Under the pieces are notes generated by a model, which was not told the origin of the DNA, did no database searches, and saw only the letters and a list, made by a program, of their open reading frames with translations. Positions 8,901 to 15,866 of a stretch of DNA of 26,069 nucleotides are shown one piece after another. Each line of letters begins with the position of its first letter. Positions within the stretch are counted from its first letter, which is position 1. A program made the position numbers and the translations under genes. The DNA comes from a virus (taxonomy: Duplodnaviria > Caudoviricetes), in IMG/VR virus record IMGVR_UViG_3300011416_000292, positions 1-26,069 of that record; one strand, written 5' to 3'.

Positions 8901-11900
8901 CGGGATGTCGTGTGTTCATCGGAAAACGCATCAAAATCAGCAGGAGTCCCATGATAAACGACCAACGGATTCCCATCCTCATCCACCACACGGCTATTTT
9001 TAAACCATGCTTTGAACTCAGGTGTCTCTGTCTGCTTGGTGGAGAACAGAGGACCGTTTTCGATTCCTGTCTTGATGGTAGTTACTGCAGCGGGATTGTA
9101 AATCACCACACCGCCGAACGACCTGTCGAAGAGCCCGTCTACTCCCGCTTTTTTCATGATGATTGGGAGTGAGTCGCTGGATAAGAGATTCCCTTTTTTC
9201 GACAGGACATCCCACCTCATGGAATCCACTTCATCCCTGAGGTCAAGTATTTTTGCAGTGTCTTTGATTTTGATGGCGATTACGGACCCGCCACTCTCAT
9301 CTCCTGACATGTCAGCGTAATTACTCTTTGCCAGACCGTAGTCCGATGCCAGATAGAGACCCTTCCCGAAATATCCAGCAGTGGTTTTGTTGAGGTCTAT
9401 CTTCTTGTGGATGGACTCAGCCGAAGATTTCTCGGTGCCATGGAACATAACCCTTCCTGCCCATCCCTTGACTGGGACGTCTTCGGGGTCGATTGAATAC
9501 TTGGAAACCAGGTCGTCCGCGCCAAGGTTTTCTGTCTGCTGTGCAACAGGAGTGACTGGGCCGGCGAACCCTATAAACTCCTTGGAGAGTCTGATGGCAT
9601 CTTCGGCACTAACCTGAGACGCAGACAAGTTGTTACCTGATTTGCCTTCTGCCCTCCAGACACCGAATTCTTTGTACGTTCTCCAGCCGTTCGACCAGAC
9701 GGTCTCTTCATCTCTCAGTCGCTTCCCCTTCACCGAGAACTGCACATCATCCAGCACCGGCTTCATCGGATTGCCTTGGTCTGACTCTTTGTCCATATTC
9801 TCATAAAGGAATGGATCGATGATTTTCTTGACTGCTTCCAGATCAGGGAACAGGTCGGTGACGTCCAGCCCGTTGCGCTTGCCTGTGTCCAGCAGCCTGT
9901 CGATGGCATCGGCGATGGCCCTGAACAACTTGGGTGCCACCTTGGACAACCCGCGCCAGAACTCCTTGTCGTGCCACCGTGTAGCAGTGAGGTCGGCGAT
10001 GATTTCCCGGTTGACCTCATCGGTTGAAAGGTCGCGTTTGCGGTTGGTCTCCAGCCATTCATGGTAGGTCGCCCGGGCCTCGGGGTCAGCCAGAGCAATA
10101 ATCTTGTCCATGACTTCAGTGTACCCATCCGACCTCTCGAATGAATGGGTGATCTCATGGCCTACCACTACCAGCATGGGATGTGTGGTGTCTTGGGCAA
10201 GGAAGATATTCCCCCCCCAGTAGACTCCGTTGAAACGAGTGGATTGTTTTACGAAGATGGGTTTCTGGATGCCGAGAGCAGCGGATATCTTGAGGACATC
10301 CTTCTGCTCTGGCGTGAGGTCTGTTGCTACTTCAAGGGTTTCTCCGACTGCTCGGGAGAGCCCTGCGGCTTTTTGTTCTGCCAGGGCCGTGGGAAACGGT
10401 CCTTCATCTGGAAGTGTGGTGCTGTCCTGTCTCCCTGTGCGAACCGATGGTTGCACTCCGACATGTACTGGTACGCTTCGTCCGTTGTCATAACCACCCT
10501 CCTCAAGGATGACCTTCTGTGCAGCCGGTTCGATCTGGTCCCAGCGAACCTTGGGAGTCTTGGTAGAACCTGCCCTCTCCAGCAGGTCCTTTCTCTCAGA
10601 CCGTTTGAGGCCGTCCCACCAGCGAGTTACTTTTTGTTCTGTTCTACCCTCTTCTTGAACCTGTCCCTCATTGACTGCAGAAACAGTTTCCGATCCTTCG
10701 GCTGCAGTTTCTGGCTCACTCGTTCCAAACATTTCGTCAAAGAGTCTGAGAGCTTCATTGGCTTCCTCCGGTGTTAAATCCTGTTCGCTGAATGTATCGG
10801 CTTCATGGTCAACGGCCTGTAACGATTCCTCAACGTCTTCTTGCGAGAGTTCAGGGAATCTATCAAGTATTGCCTCAACATCATCAGGATGGATAACAGG
10901 GTTGCCACTGGCCTGCGCTCTGACCATATCGGCAAACGACTGTGTGTCTACTTCTCCATTCACATCAAGGGTGACATTCCATCCTTGGTCCCGCATGTCC
11001 CGCGCCATCAGGTCAAGGCCAATTCCATTCTTGCTCTTGATTCTCAGATACCGTGCGCTGCTGGTTTCCTTCGGGTCGATGAACTTTGCCAGTGATTCAG
11101 GAGTGATCCCCCCACCCTGCTTGATATCGCTGAACAGATTGCGCGGACCTTTGGGCTTGGCTACTTTTTCTTTTTGCGGCTGAGAAGTTCCTGTTCCTTT
11201 TTCTCCAACGCCGGTATTGTCACTGACGGTGGTTGGCCCTCCAGGTGCTCCATTCCTATTTCCTTCAGGAGCGACTTGTCCGACATGGTGAACCTCCTTG
11301 GCTGCTTCCTTCGCCTTCTTTACTCTCACGGACGCCAGTTCAATGGCGGTCTTGGCACTGTCCGCTTCACCGAATTCACTGACTCCGATATGGAGACCGG
11401 TCCCGGGTGCCTTCCCTTTCGGGTGGGCAAGATCAGACAAACCATTTTCCTTGGCGTAAGCCTGTATCTTACCGTGTACCACTTTCAGGGCTTTTGTCAA
11501 ATCTTCTTTTGAAACGCCCGGGGCGATGACGGCCAGCTCATCCCCACCCTTCCTGATGACCTGGGCCCCCTTGAACTGGCTGACCCCTTCTCTGAGAATA
11601 TCTGCCATGGCACGGAAGTGCGTGTTCGCTTCTTCCTCGCCTCCGGGGAGCTCATTCAATCCCCCGAGGTTATGGATGTCGGCGATGGCATAGGCCACCT
11701 TCGATCCCTGGTTATCGTGGAGATCCCATGCACGTTTGAGGGTGGGCCCATGGTGGCGCCGTTCGATCAACCCGGTCTCGGCATCGGGAGTGCGCTCGTG
11801 CTTCCGCCGATCTTCCCGAGTCTTCTCAACGGCCGGGTGTCCCGGTTCCAACCCCGTTTCGATCAGGTCCTGCGCTGCCTTGTCGGCGATGACATCTGCT

Positions 11901-14260
11901 TCGTGGGGGAAGGTTACCTCAGTTTGGTCCCGCACGTCGGACAGAGGCGTTTCCCCTTGCACACTTTTTTCTGGCACTGCGGACACTTCATTCGATTCTC
12001 CTTTTGCGACTGGTGTCTCAATTTGAGAAGTTTCCCCCGGCAGGGATGGGGAGGGGGCCACCCCTGCCGGAGTATTGGCTTGCTCTACAGGGGAGGGACC
12101 CGGAGCAGAACCAAGTTCAGTGAGTGCCTCGAGTGCAGCCCGATGCTCCTCAACCTTTGCCAGTGCGGAGTCTCTCGACGCACCTTTAAGCCTGTTTGCG
12201 GCGATGCCCCATGATTTCATGCCCTGCCCATGGATGGCGATCTGCTGCTGTTTCTCTGCCTGAACCTGCTCGGAACCTGGTGCCTGGTCCCATGCCGCTC
12301 GGAGACCTTCATGCCCTTCTGTCGCAAGTTGAGACTGGATTGTCTGGAAACCACGCTTGGCTGCCAGGTCCTGTGCGAAGGTCGCGTAATCCTGACCGGC
12401 CAGCTTTGCCGCTGCAGCCTGTTCGGCGATAGGCGCAGGGGTTGGTTGGGGGGTGAACTCCTCGGGGCTCACAGGGGCCTTCTCGTTCACTGAAGGAGAA
12501 ACCACACCTTGTGATGTCTCGGCGATGATCTGGTCGACAGTCTCTGCAGGGGCAGCAGGTTCTTCTGTGGTCGTGGCGCCACCCAGTTTACTAAGCAGGT
12601 CGGCCTGATGCTCGGGAGACCCTACCGTGCCATTAACAGTCTCGTTGGCGGCGGCGATCGCATCGTCGACAGAGACGCTTCCATTGCTGATACCGGTGTC
12701 GGGAACTTCGACCTTCGCCTCGGCCGGCGCATTGAACTGCTCCCACCCTTTATCGTTGGCGACCATGCCGACCGGTTCGCTTTCGAAACCCTTCCACCCT
12801 TCTCCAGTAGGTTCGACCGGAGCAGTGAATATATCAGCACTGTACGGCAGTGCAGAGTTCGAAGTGACTGCGTTGGTGATGTTGGTCCGGGCGGTCTGCT
12901 TCTCTTCTTCAGGAATAGCACTGGCGTCCACGACTGCCATCAGTTCGTTGGCTGCCGATACCCGAGACTTGGCTGCAGATATCTTTGCCTGCGCCAGGGT
13001 CTCCCCTTTGGCGGTGAATTCCGCTACCTTCTCTGGGGTCACCGGTGAGAACAGGTCTTCCTTCAGTCTGGTGGATTGTCTGGCCTGTGATATCTGCCCG
13101 GCTGTTTCGAAGCCACCGGTCACCGCGGCACCGGACACACCACCGACAATTCCTGCCTCAATCATGCGCTTATTGATGTACTCTTCGCGGGTCATCCCGA
13201 TGGGGAGTTTGACCATGCCAGTGTCGAGATCCTGCTCGGCCTGGAACTTCTCTGTCCCCACTTCCGACATGCCTTCGAAGGGGACATCAGCTGCAGCGTG
13301 AAGAGCGATCGCAGTGCCGCGCTTTGTGGCGGATTTGGATATGTCTTCGAAGAGTGCCTGCCCTGTGTTGGTCCCCGCCACCTTGGCGACGAAGTTCCTG
13401 ACCACACTGGCGGACCCGCCCATCGGAAGGAACTTGGCACCGAAGGCACCGGCCTTTATGATCGATGCCTGTGCGGAGTTGCCGGCCATTTCGAAGCCTG
13501 CCTCGTACACTCCGTACTTGGCAGCTGCGGCCTGCATCTCGTCCTCGCTCATCTCGATCTTGCCCTGCTCTTTTGCTTCCCGCAGGTCCTTCAGTCTCTG
13601 CAGGTATGAGTCCTGGTACATCAGGTAATTGGAGACGCTACCACCACCAGGGAGAAGATTGGGCACCATGTACATCATCGACCTGGGCAGGTTCTCAATC
13701 ACCTGACCTGTGATACCCATAGCGGAATCTTCTTCGAACTTTCCGCCGGTCACACCCTTGTCGACCGACCGCAGGGCCCCGCCTACCGTACCCCTCAGAC
13801 CACCAGACTGCTCGGCCACAATCTGCTCGGTTGGAGCGGTGCGCTGGATGTGAGTCTGGCCTTCTTCATCCGTCCAGGTCTCGGTGTCTGGCGTACCGAA
13901 AAGGCCCACGTCGCTGCGGTTGACATCGAGCGGATCACCTTCGATCAGGTTACCGATGCTGGATATGGCGGACGTGCCTGATTTATACAGACTCTTTCCG
14001 ACTTCTTTTGCGGTAGGAATGATGCCGTGAGGAACGAGATCAGTAGGAAAAAGTGGATCCGTACCGGTAGCGATTGCCTCGGTTACGTTGGCCGGCTGGG
14101 TGCGGTCGGCGTAGAGCTCACCATCATAGATGGAAGGCTTTACCTTGCCTTGGGTTGCGAAGTCGGTCTGGTCATCGAAGGTGATCTCGTCACTGTCAAG
14201 AAAAGTGCCGCCCTTCTTGGGGGTATCAAACTGGACCTCCGAAGCGTCAAAGAAAGTCAT
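2930..14260 (-). CDS. Large polyvalent (virion-ejected/internal core-type) protein, 3776 aa
   Basis: Continuous ORF with RBS AAGGGG, located after the ejection-type genes. Contains GGDEF, HExxH, two ART-like and LPD38-like segments. About 470 codons are antisense read-through of two HNH cassettes. Confidence 0.9.
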   Translation of the reverse strand: MTFFDASEVQFDTPKKGGTFLDSDEITFDDQTDFATQGKVKPSIYDGELYADRTQPANVTEAIATGTDPLFPTDLVPHGIIPTAKEVGKSLYKSGTSAISSIGNLIEGDPLDVNRSDVGLFGTPDTETWTDEEGQTHIQRTAPTEQIVAEQSGGLRGTVGGALRSVDKGVTGGKFEEDSAMGITGQVIENLPRSMMYMVPNLLPGGGSVSNYLMYQDSYLQRLKDLREAKEQGKIEMSEDEMQAAAAKYGVYEAGFEMAGNSAQASIIKAGAFGAKFLPMGGSASVVRNFVAKVAGTNTGQALFEDISKSATKRGTAIALHAAADVPFEGMSEVGTEKFQAEQDLDTGMVKLPIGMTREEYINKRMIEAGIVGGVSGAAVTGGFETAGQISQARQSTRLKEDLFSPVTPEKVAEFTAKGETLAQAKISAAKSRVSAANELMAVVDASAIPEEEKQTARTNITNAVTSNSALPYSADIFTAPVEPTGEGWKGFESEPVGMVANDKGWEQFNAPAEAKVEVPDTGISNGSVSVDDAIAAANETVNGTVGSPEHQADLLSKLGGATTTEEPAAPAETVDQIIAETSQGVVSPSVNEKAPVSPEEFTPQPTPAPIAEQAAAAKLAGQDYATFAQDLAAKRGFQTIQSQLATEGHEGLRAAWDQAPGSEQVQAEKQQQIAIHGQGMKSWGIAANRLKGASRDSALAKVEEHRAALEALTELGSAPGPSPVEQANTPAGVAPSPSLPGETSQIETPVAKGESNEVSAVPEKSVQGETPLSDVRDQTEVTFPHEADVIADKAAQDLIETGLEPGHPAVEKTREDRRKHERTPDAETGLIERRHHGPTLKRAWDLHDNQGSKVAYAIADIHNLGGLNELPGGEEEANTHFRAMADILREGVSQFKGAQVIRKGGDELAVIAPGVSKEDLTKALKVVHGKIQAYAKENGLSDLAHPKGKAPGTGLHIGVSEFGEADSAKTAIELASVRVKKAKEAAKEVHHVGQVAPEGNRNGAPGGPTTVSDNTGVGEKGTGTSQPQKEKVAKPKGPRNLFSDIKQGGGITPESLAKFIDPKETSSARYLRIKSKNGIGLDLMARDMRDQGWNVTLDVNGEVDTQSFADMVRAQASGNPVIHPDDVEAILDRFPELSQEDVEESLQAVDHEADTFSEQDLTPEEANEALRLFDEMFGTSEPETAAEGSETVSAVNEGQVQEEGRTEQKVTRWWDGLKRSERKDLLERAGSTKTPKVRWDQIEPAAQKVILEEGGYDNGRSVPVHVGVQPSVRTGRQDSTTLPDEGPFPTALAEQKAAGLSRAVGETLEVATDLTPEQKDVLKISAALGIQKPIFVKQSTRFNGVYWGGNIFLAQDTTHPMLVVVGHEITHSFERSDGYTEVMDKIIALADPEARATYHEWLETNRKRDLSTDEVNREIIADLTATRWHDKEFWRGLSKVAPKLFRAIADAIDRLLDTGKRNGLDVTDLFPDLEAVKKIIDPFLYENMDKESDQGNPMKPVLDDVQFSVKGKRLRDEETVWSNGWRTYKEFGVWRAEGKSGNNLSASQVSAEDAIRLSKEFIGFAGPVTPVAQQTENLGADDLVSKYSIDPEDVPVKGWAGRVMFHGTEKSSAESIHKKIDLNKTTAGYFGKGLYLASDYGLAKSNYADMSGDESGGSVIAIKIKDTAKILDLRDEVDSMRWDVLSKKGNLLSSDSLPIIMKKAGVDGLFDRSFGGVVIYNPAAVTTIKTGIENGPLFSTKQTETPEFKAWFKNSRVVDEDGNPLVVYHGTPADFDAFSDEHTTSRTGGFVGAFMFTESTKYAAEYANKTGRGGNIMPVYIKIENPVPDRVAGDIKKSAIAKGITIAEESLSRGYDGKIVRADGRKAYIVYSPTQIKSAIGNRGSFDPTNPDIRYSLKEARERLQPFRSKLAEVVEQKMSGRMFVPQLRSMLRNNGVTEDEIGTVLGEFDEGKAVTKAEVLEAIQANSVELEDVVLGEPDMGDVEAWWNDEGGANEETPYSELSPAEQSEAHARYQEEVGDFREDVTHFSQYTEPGAAAGSYREMFVTAPGLGLSSASVITTTPAKNGVDAFLDGERMGRWPTEEEARSDLKEHPNYKKRVAGEAGKWQDGHSQYESITNPIVRIRFNERETEQGKILFVEEMQGPSFANQKKMPSYLVKRIYDIGVKRVLAYAKENGFDGVSFTTGAMQAARYDLSKQVDEIAYQPNEDGTYKVSAEKDGHSLWTESRATDKTIEEYLGKEIAKKISDGEGASSNPLWDEATKPQGIGELADNVYGTKMAFLMPLDTVDGSVLSMLQHDQVKQAVISLLPVDVMNILSANHLSADSLFHNKDMVFGELAINERSPVAVGVVNAMRDVGASLGAKLSTSLEDGRGDVALLPALRTSDLSAREIVGIVSPGRIFHLGTDGIPQKTRPARSGAEPLPSKMGRPLVKNLNTTELAKLLNIHADILNQSKDSVKQKYHESEKILSGLDLSIGGAGLKALYDRTLPALFKKYGKEGVGKTSIGEKNARPVVERGFTSREAAEIFLKRNHATEDLQVRQNRETGFYDIINPGTQSTLILVPYIPITDKTPASYPMFSVKQKRESVNPIGRDASGETERHPDLSQRGAITPDGVPDETRTAFKKVSHLIQGPAFLDALDYLRELQRSSLNLRGESSDRVGGRASTDKSTTQDAASDTKFFSDIVHRKSFLEHGFSGLDIKTQGIVLEHVARSAMDSKILNPVVRLVFVNMVDDFTGQQSAPEMLLHKLTMDERGPSSNLGSLISLGVDPYTTMVRLTAFVRAVESTGLTLPDLVRQFVGSGSAKGTDDIRHMLTSIEKISNGILDGTTSQGDSPKYSVRQNNLPVETPYQLLKRKFQNKFNRLDVLQEYLEDNGVVLSEQADVSRGLAVQAGKTADQLSRFMDLQVGPLIKEAAKEKIKLDDISDFLLMQHAAEANQAMRELHKDPTATAFGVTDKEAADALKVYKARADFAKLESIANRFRAFSDESADMLLKAGIISQEMRDAWQGAYTHYVPLRGGEGDTKPGAGKGQVVNRNLKRRAGHELREEHVLENIIKARESAIKTIEKNKVNLQIISLLVEANDPAIGTVGKPELRRVFKNQKVYTAEFKGTVIGAFGTEKEADDFVAAHRAQYHTPIDDYVVDISTDPTVKMMVSPMLGKNEVNAFVKGHQVRIQINDQISADALTNMGAEGLGTLLTIGKTINNYFSRAYTGYDPRFTIRNTIRDFTSGMVNLTGDYGVATAAKIAANYPKAVKEFWKGRKDPSKSQWIDRYRKQGGSTGASYLSSLERLGDDVESMYHEHIGAIATYRQVYDEQIAEGRSPMYARTKALAKSGVAGFEKIPILGHFLKMIEAMNSISENAFRVATFITLVEEGKSEAEAGEAAKNSTINFDKKGELGPQMGALWLFFNPAVQGIQRSIFALTESKHKHQAQALVGAMAMVGYMAAELSRGIGGDDDDEWEKVGRSTKNRNLVIRTGEKSFLTIPLPYEYGSFVGIGYAINDLAHGKADKKTAMNLASAIMDGLSPLGNPVTHEGLNWKSTVAMLPTVPKLLLAPATNLGSFGSPIAPTKYSESKPDSQNMYRATKGTLYEKTSAALNDISGGTKYSSGAVDVSPEVLKFYTRSILGGAFTFIDQSVGLAQVGLGMVDGGSGPEVGEIPMVSVLGKENNVKDTRQLFYQIAGDAKTAAEEWKSAKKDKNPEVANQLKEDNADLISVANLADRQMKLAKAKRDAVDAIRLSDMPFAEKRNRVKDIEEEEEIIYDKLIKAFNR
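3360..3870 (-). other. LPD38-like domain of the polyvalent protein (approximate bounds)
   Basis: WEKVGRSTKNRNLVI...FLTIPLPYEYG...SPEVLKFYTRSILGG, preceded by AKNSTINFDKKG..LWLFFNPAVQG, the usual C-terminal arrangement of phage polyvalent proteins. Confidence 0.65.
5759..5809 (+). promoter_or_regulatory. sigma70-type promoter and Shine-Dalgarno for antisense HNH-1
   Basis: TTGACT (5759-5764), 17 nt, TACCAT (5782-5787). GGAGGT at 5804-5809, 6 nt before ATG 5816. Confidence 0.7.
5816..6496 (+). CDS. HNH homing-type endonuclease (Zn finger + HNH_3-like + two HTH-like repeats), nested antisense in the giant gene
   Basis: CAFC...YCSYEC; IHRQLMEKHLGRRLLSSEVVHHINEDKTDNRIENL..H...H; C-terminal EGLSVNDVAEKLGVT and SWSLDQMADFFKCS. 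Has its own promoter and SD. Confidence 0.9.
   Translation: MPNVICAFCGTTTHKLPYQIRQSKSGRFYCSYECSQSDHRSVWVDSEGYQRSKVAGRSPLIHRQLMEKHLGRRLLSSEVVHHINEDKTDNRIENLAIHSRSGHMFEHNPLSFDIKAAETMLKEGLSVNDVAEKLGVTRGILSGAFIRRGTTTNAVRGLPPQVERRPLQLPEIVECIKKSWSLDQMADFFKCSTSFIRDTIRSNGTSLRKIRVSLGLPAGITPNRIY
6879..6907 (+). promoter_or_regulatory. sigma70-type promoter for antisense HNH-2, predicted leaderless transcript
   Basis: TTTACA (6879-6884), 17 nt, TAGAAT (6902-6907). The ATG begins at 6914, the expected +1 position, and there is no SD. Confidence 0.7.
6914..7486 (+). CDS. HNH homing-type endonuclease (two Zn fingers + HNH_3-like), nested antisense in the giant gene
   Basis: CEFC...FCSRTC and CPQC...FCSKAC; HILIVEKAIGRKMVRGEDIHHINGQKRDNSLLNLIVL..GQHTSVH. 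Confidence 0.9.
   Translation: MNIQKFCEFCGVEIFHKWPSHLARKRFCSRTCRSSFLWDTVSAKMEDASRAYNADNFSRAEITCPQCGKKRYVSPAILKAGAKFCSKACSDIAHRVDNPNRHRTTFIDGKLTKDHILIVEKAIGRKMVRGEDIHHINGQKRDNSLLNLIVLKHGQHTSVHCIQRHQKRHLSAVDIISQFPDALWLGSLVP
8570..9030 (-). other. ADP-ribosyltransferase-like domain (ART-PolyVal type) of the giant protein
   Basis: TPEFKAWFKNSRVVDEDGNPLVVYHGT...FMFTES..YAAEYA...GGNIMPVYIKIENP...GYDG...YIVYSPTQIKSA. Confidence 0.75.
9080..9460 (-). other. Second ART-like domain of the giant protein
   Basis: VMFHGT...GYFGKGLYLASDYGLAKSNYA...GVDGL...VVIYNP (H-G-T / G-x-G-x-Y pattern). Confidence 0.7.
9890..10270 (-). other. Zincin-like metallopeptidase domain of the giant protein
   Basis: FNGVYWGGNIFL...VVGHEITH (HExxH, near 10146-10162) with downstream EIIAD. 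Confidence 0.65.
10327..10491 (-). CDS. Putative overprinted microprotein (54 aa), +1 frame of the giant gene
   Basis: AGGAGG-GTGGTT-ATG; MTTDEAYQYMSECNHRFAQGDRTAPHFQMKDRFPRPWQNKKPQGSPEQSEKPLK*. Confidence 0.5.
   Translation of the reverse strand: MTTDEAYQYMSECNHRFAQGDRTAPHFQMKDRFPRPWQNKKPQGSPEQSEKPLK
11161..11286 (-). CDS. Putative overprinted microprotein (41 aa), +1 frame, directly after the GGDEF domain
   Basis: AAGGAGGT-TCACC-ATG; MSDKSLLKEIGMEHLEGQPPSVTIPALEKKEQELLSRKKKK*. Confidence 0.55.
   Translation of the reverse strand: MSDKSLLKEIGMEHLEGQPPSVTIPALEKKEQELLSRKKKK
11310..11790 (-). other. GGDEF (diguanylate cyclase-like) domain of the giant protein
   Basis: DAETGL...AYAIADIHNLGGLNE..G.EEAN..FRAMADIL...VIRKGGDELAVI...LHIGVSEF; the GGDEL codons are at 11534-11548. 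Confidence 0.8.
11914..11991 (-). CDS. Overprinted 25-aa zinc-ribbon microprotein, +1 frame of the giant gene
   Basis: AAGGAG-AATCGA-ATG; MKCPQCQKKVCKGKRLCPTCGTKLR* (CPxC-x10-CPxCG). Confidence 0.7.
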   Translation of the reverse strand: MKCPQCQKKVCKGKRLCPTCGTKLR

Positions 14261-14269
14261 ACGGTCCCC

Positions 14270-15331
14270 TTATGGTGTCCAGTATTGTTTGCCCTTCGGC
14301 GCTTTCGGATTGAAGTAAACAGGTTTCCCGCCAGAAGTTTTACCGGTCGGAGTATACCCTGCTGGTACACTGGATTCAAGGGTTTTAACTTTGTTGCCCT
14401 TCGCATCGGTCCACTCTGACGCAGGGGGGCCATCATAACTGCTGTGGGTAGACGTGATGGGTACCGGACCACGTCCGACCTGTCTCTCCAGTCTGGTACG
14501 TTCAGCCTGCTGCGCTTGCGACAACTCCCCGACCCTGGCTTCGATATCGTCCAACTGGGACAGACGCTTCTCGGCAGCCACGGTTGCCTTGGTCTTGCCC
14601 TTCTCAGTGGATTCAGCGTCTTTGTCGTCTCTCTTGCTGGCCGCAATGGCTTTTGCTGTGGCGTTGTTCCCTTCGGCGATTTCTTTCCTGATCAGACCCT
14701 GCTGCTCGATCTCCAACTGCCGTGCTTCCTGCTTATCTTCGCGTTCCTCTTCCTTCGCAACCTTCTTGCTGTTGAGTATCTTGATGTTCTCGGCCTTGTC
14801 GATGATGGCCTGTTCCTTCTCCGTGTAGACCGGGTTGGCCGATTCAAGCAGGGACTTCCGTGGTTTCTTGATGCCCAGCGAATTGTCGAGTTCTTCCCGG
14901 GCGGTCGGAGAGGCTTTCTTGACCCCCTCCACCGTTGCTTCCTTGGCAGACTCGGATTCAGCACGGCCGCGCCCCTCTTCCTTGGCGTCGGATGCGGATT
15001 TCTTGAGCTTGATTGCTTCCTCCAACTGATCCTGTGTCTGGGGAACCCCATCGATCTCATAGTCGGTGACAGTCCTGCCGGCCTTGCGATTTTCCGCCGC
15101 TATCCGGTTCTTCTCTCTCTGGTCCTCCCGGTCTTCAGCTGCAGTGATCCGCTTATCCTGAACCTGATCATCATGAACCTGCTTTAGCTCCTGCAGGTTC
15201 TCCTGCTTCAACGCCAGGGCCTGATCACGTTCGGCGATAAGGGCAGCCTTGTTCTGGTCGTCCAGCATCTTGTAGCCGGCCATCGCGCCGCCTTGGACTG
15301 CACCTGTCATTGCCTGGAATAGTAAGGACAT
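14270..15331 (-). CDS. Charged, helical putative ejection/internal virion protein (~353 aa)
   Basis: AGGAG before ATG 15331 (MSLLFQAMTGAVQGGA). Coiled-coil E/K/R-rich body; lies immediately upstream of the polyvalent gene. Confidence 0.65.
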   Translation of the reverse strand: MSLLFQAMTGAVQGGAMAGYKMLDDQNKAALIAERDQALALKQENLQELKQVHDDQVQDKRITAAEDREDQREKNRIAAENRKAGRTVTDYEIDGVPQTQDQLEEAIKLKKSASDAKEEGRGRAESESAKEATVEGVKKASPTAREELDNSLGIKKPRKSLLESANPVYTEKEQAIIDKAENIKILNSKKVAKEEEREDKQEARQLEIEQQGLIRKEIAEGNNATAKAIAASKRDDKDAESTEKGKTKATVAAEKRLSQLDDIEARVGELSQAQQAERTRLERQVGRGPVPITSTHSSYDGPPASEWTDAKGNKVKTLESSVPAGYTPTGKTSGGKPVYFNPKAPKGKQYWTP

Positions 15332-15335
15332 GACA

Positions 15336-15866
15336 TCACTCTCCTGTTTTGGAAGTTTGGAACGAGGCCATACCAGCACCGTGAGCATATTTCCGAGCAA
15401 TTTGTTGTATCCTCGGCTGCGCGGCGATGACTTCCTTACGCATCTTCGGCGGCATACTCCTGACGTCTGCCTGCATGGTCACCGCCAGTTTCTTCGAGTC
15501 CACCCGGCCGGCCTTGATCTCGGCCTTCAGGTAATCCTGCAGCGACACAGAGAAGGCCAGCAGTTCAAGGTCGGGGTTGAGATTGAACAACTTGGCTGCC
15601 TCGCCGATCTCCACGATCTCAGGGACTATCGCCCTGGCAGCGGCGGCTTTGACCACATCCTGCACCTCAAGGTTCGACTTCCTGGCCTCGGAGTCCACCC
15701 GCTGCATGACCATGACCAGGACATTGGAAACCCGCTGGACAGGATCGGGACCGGTTAGCATCTTCACCACTCCATCTCTGGTCTCAGGGGAGTGCAGAAG
15801 TATCAGTGCCTTGGCAACGTACTTCTCACCATCGGCCTTCAGGTCTTCCTTGCTGGGCTGTATCAT
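15336..15866 (-). CDS. Hypothetical helical protein in the ejection module (176 aa)
   Basis: AAGGAG RBS, ATGA overlap with the upstream gene, codon usage like its neighbours. Confidence 0.7.
   Translation of the reverse strand: MIQPSKEDLKADGEKYVAKALILLHSPETRDGVVKMLTGPDPVQRVSNVLVMVMQRVDSEARKSNLEVQDVVKAAAARAIVPEIVEIGEAAKLFNLNPDLELLAFSVSLQDYLKAEIKAGRVDSKKLAVTMQADVRSMPPKMRKEVIAAQPRIQQIARKYAHGAGMASFQTSKTGE

Noticed and set aside
14170-14260. Duplicated N-terminal peptide TFFDASEVQFD / TFLDSDEITFD
   Set aside because: Real but short; no function can be argued from the sequence alone.
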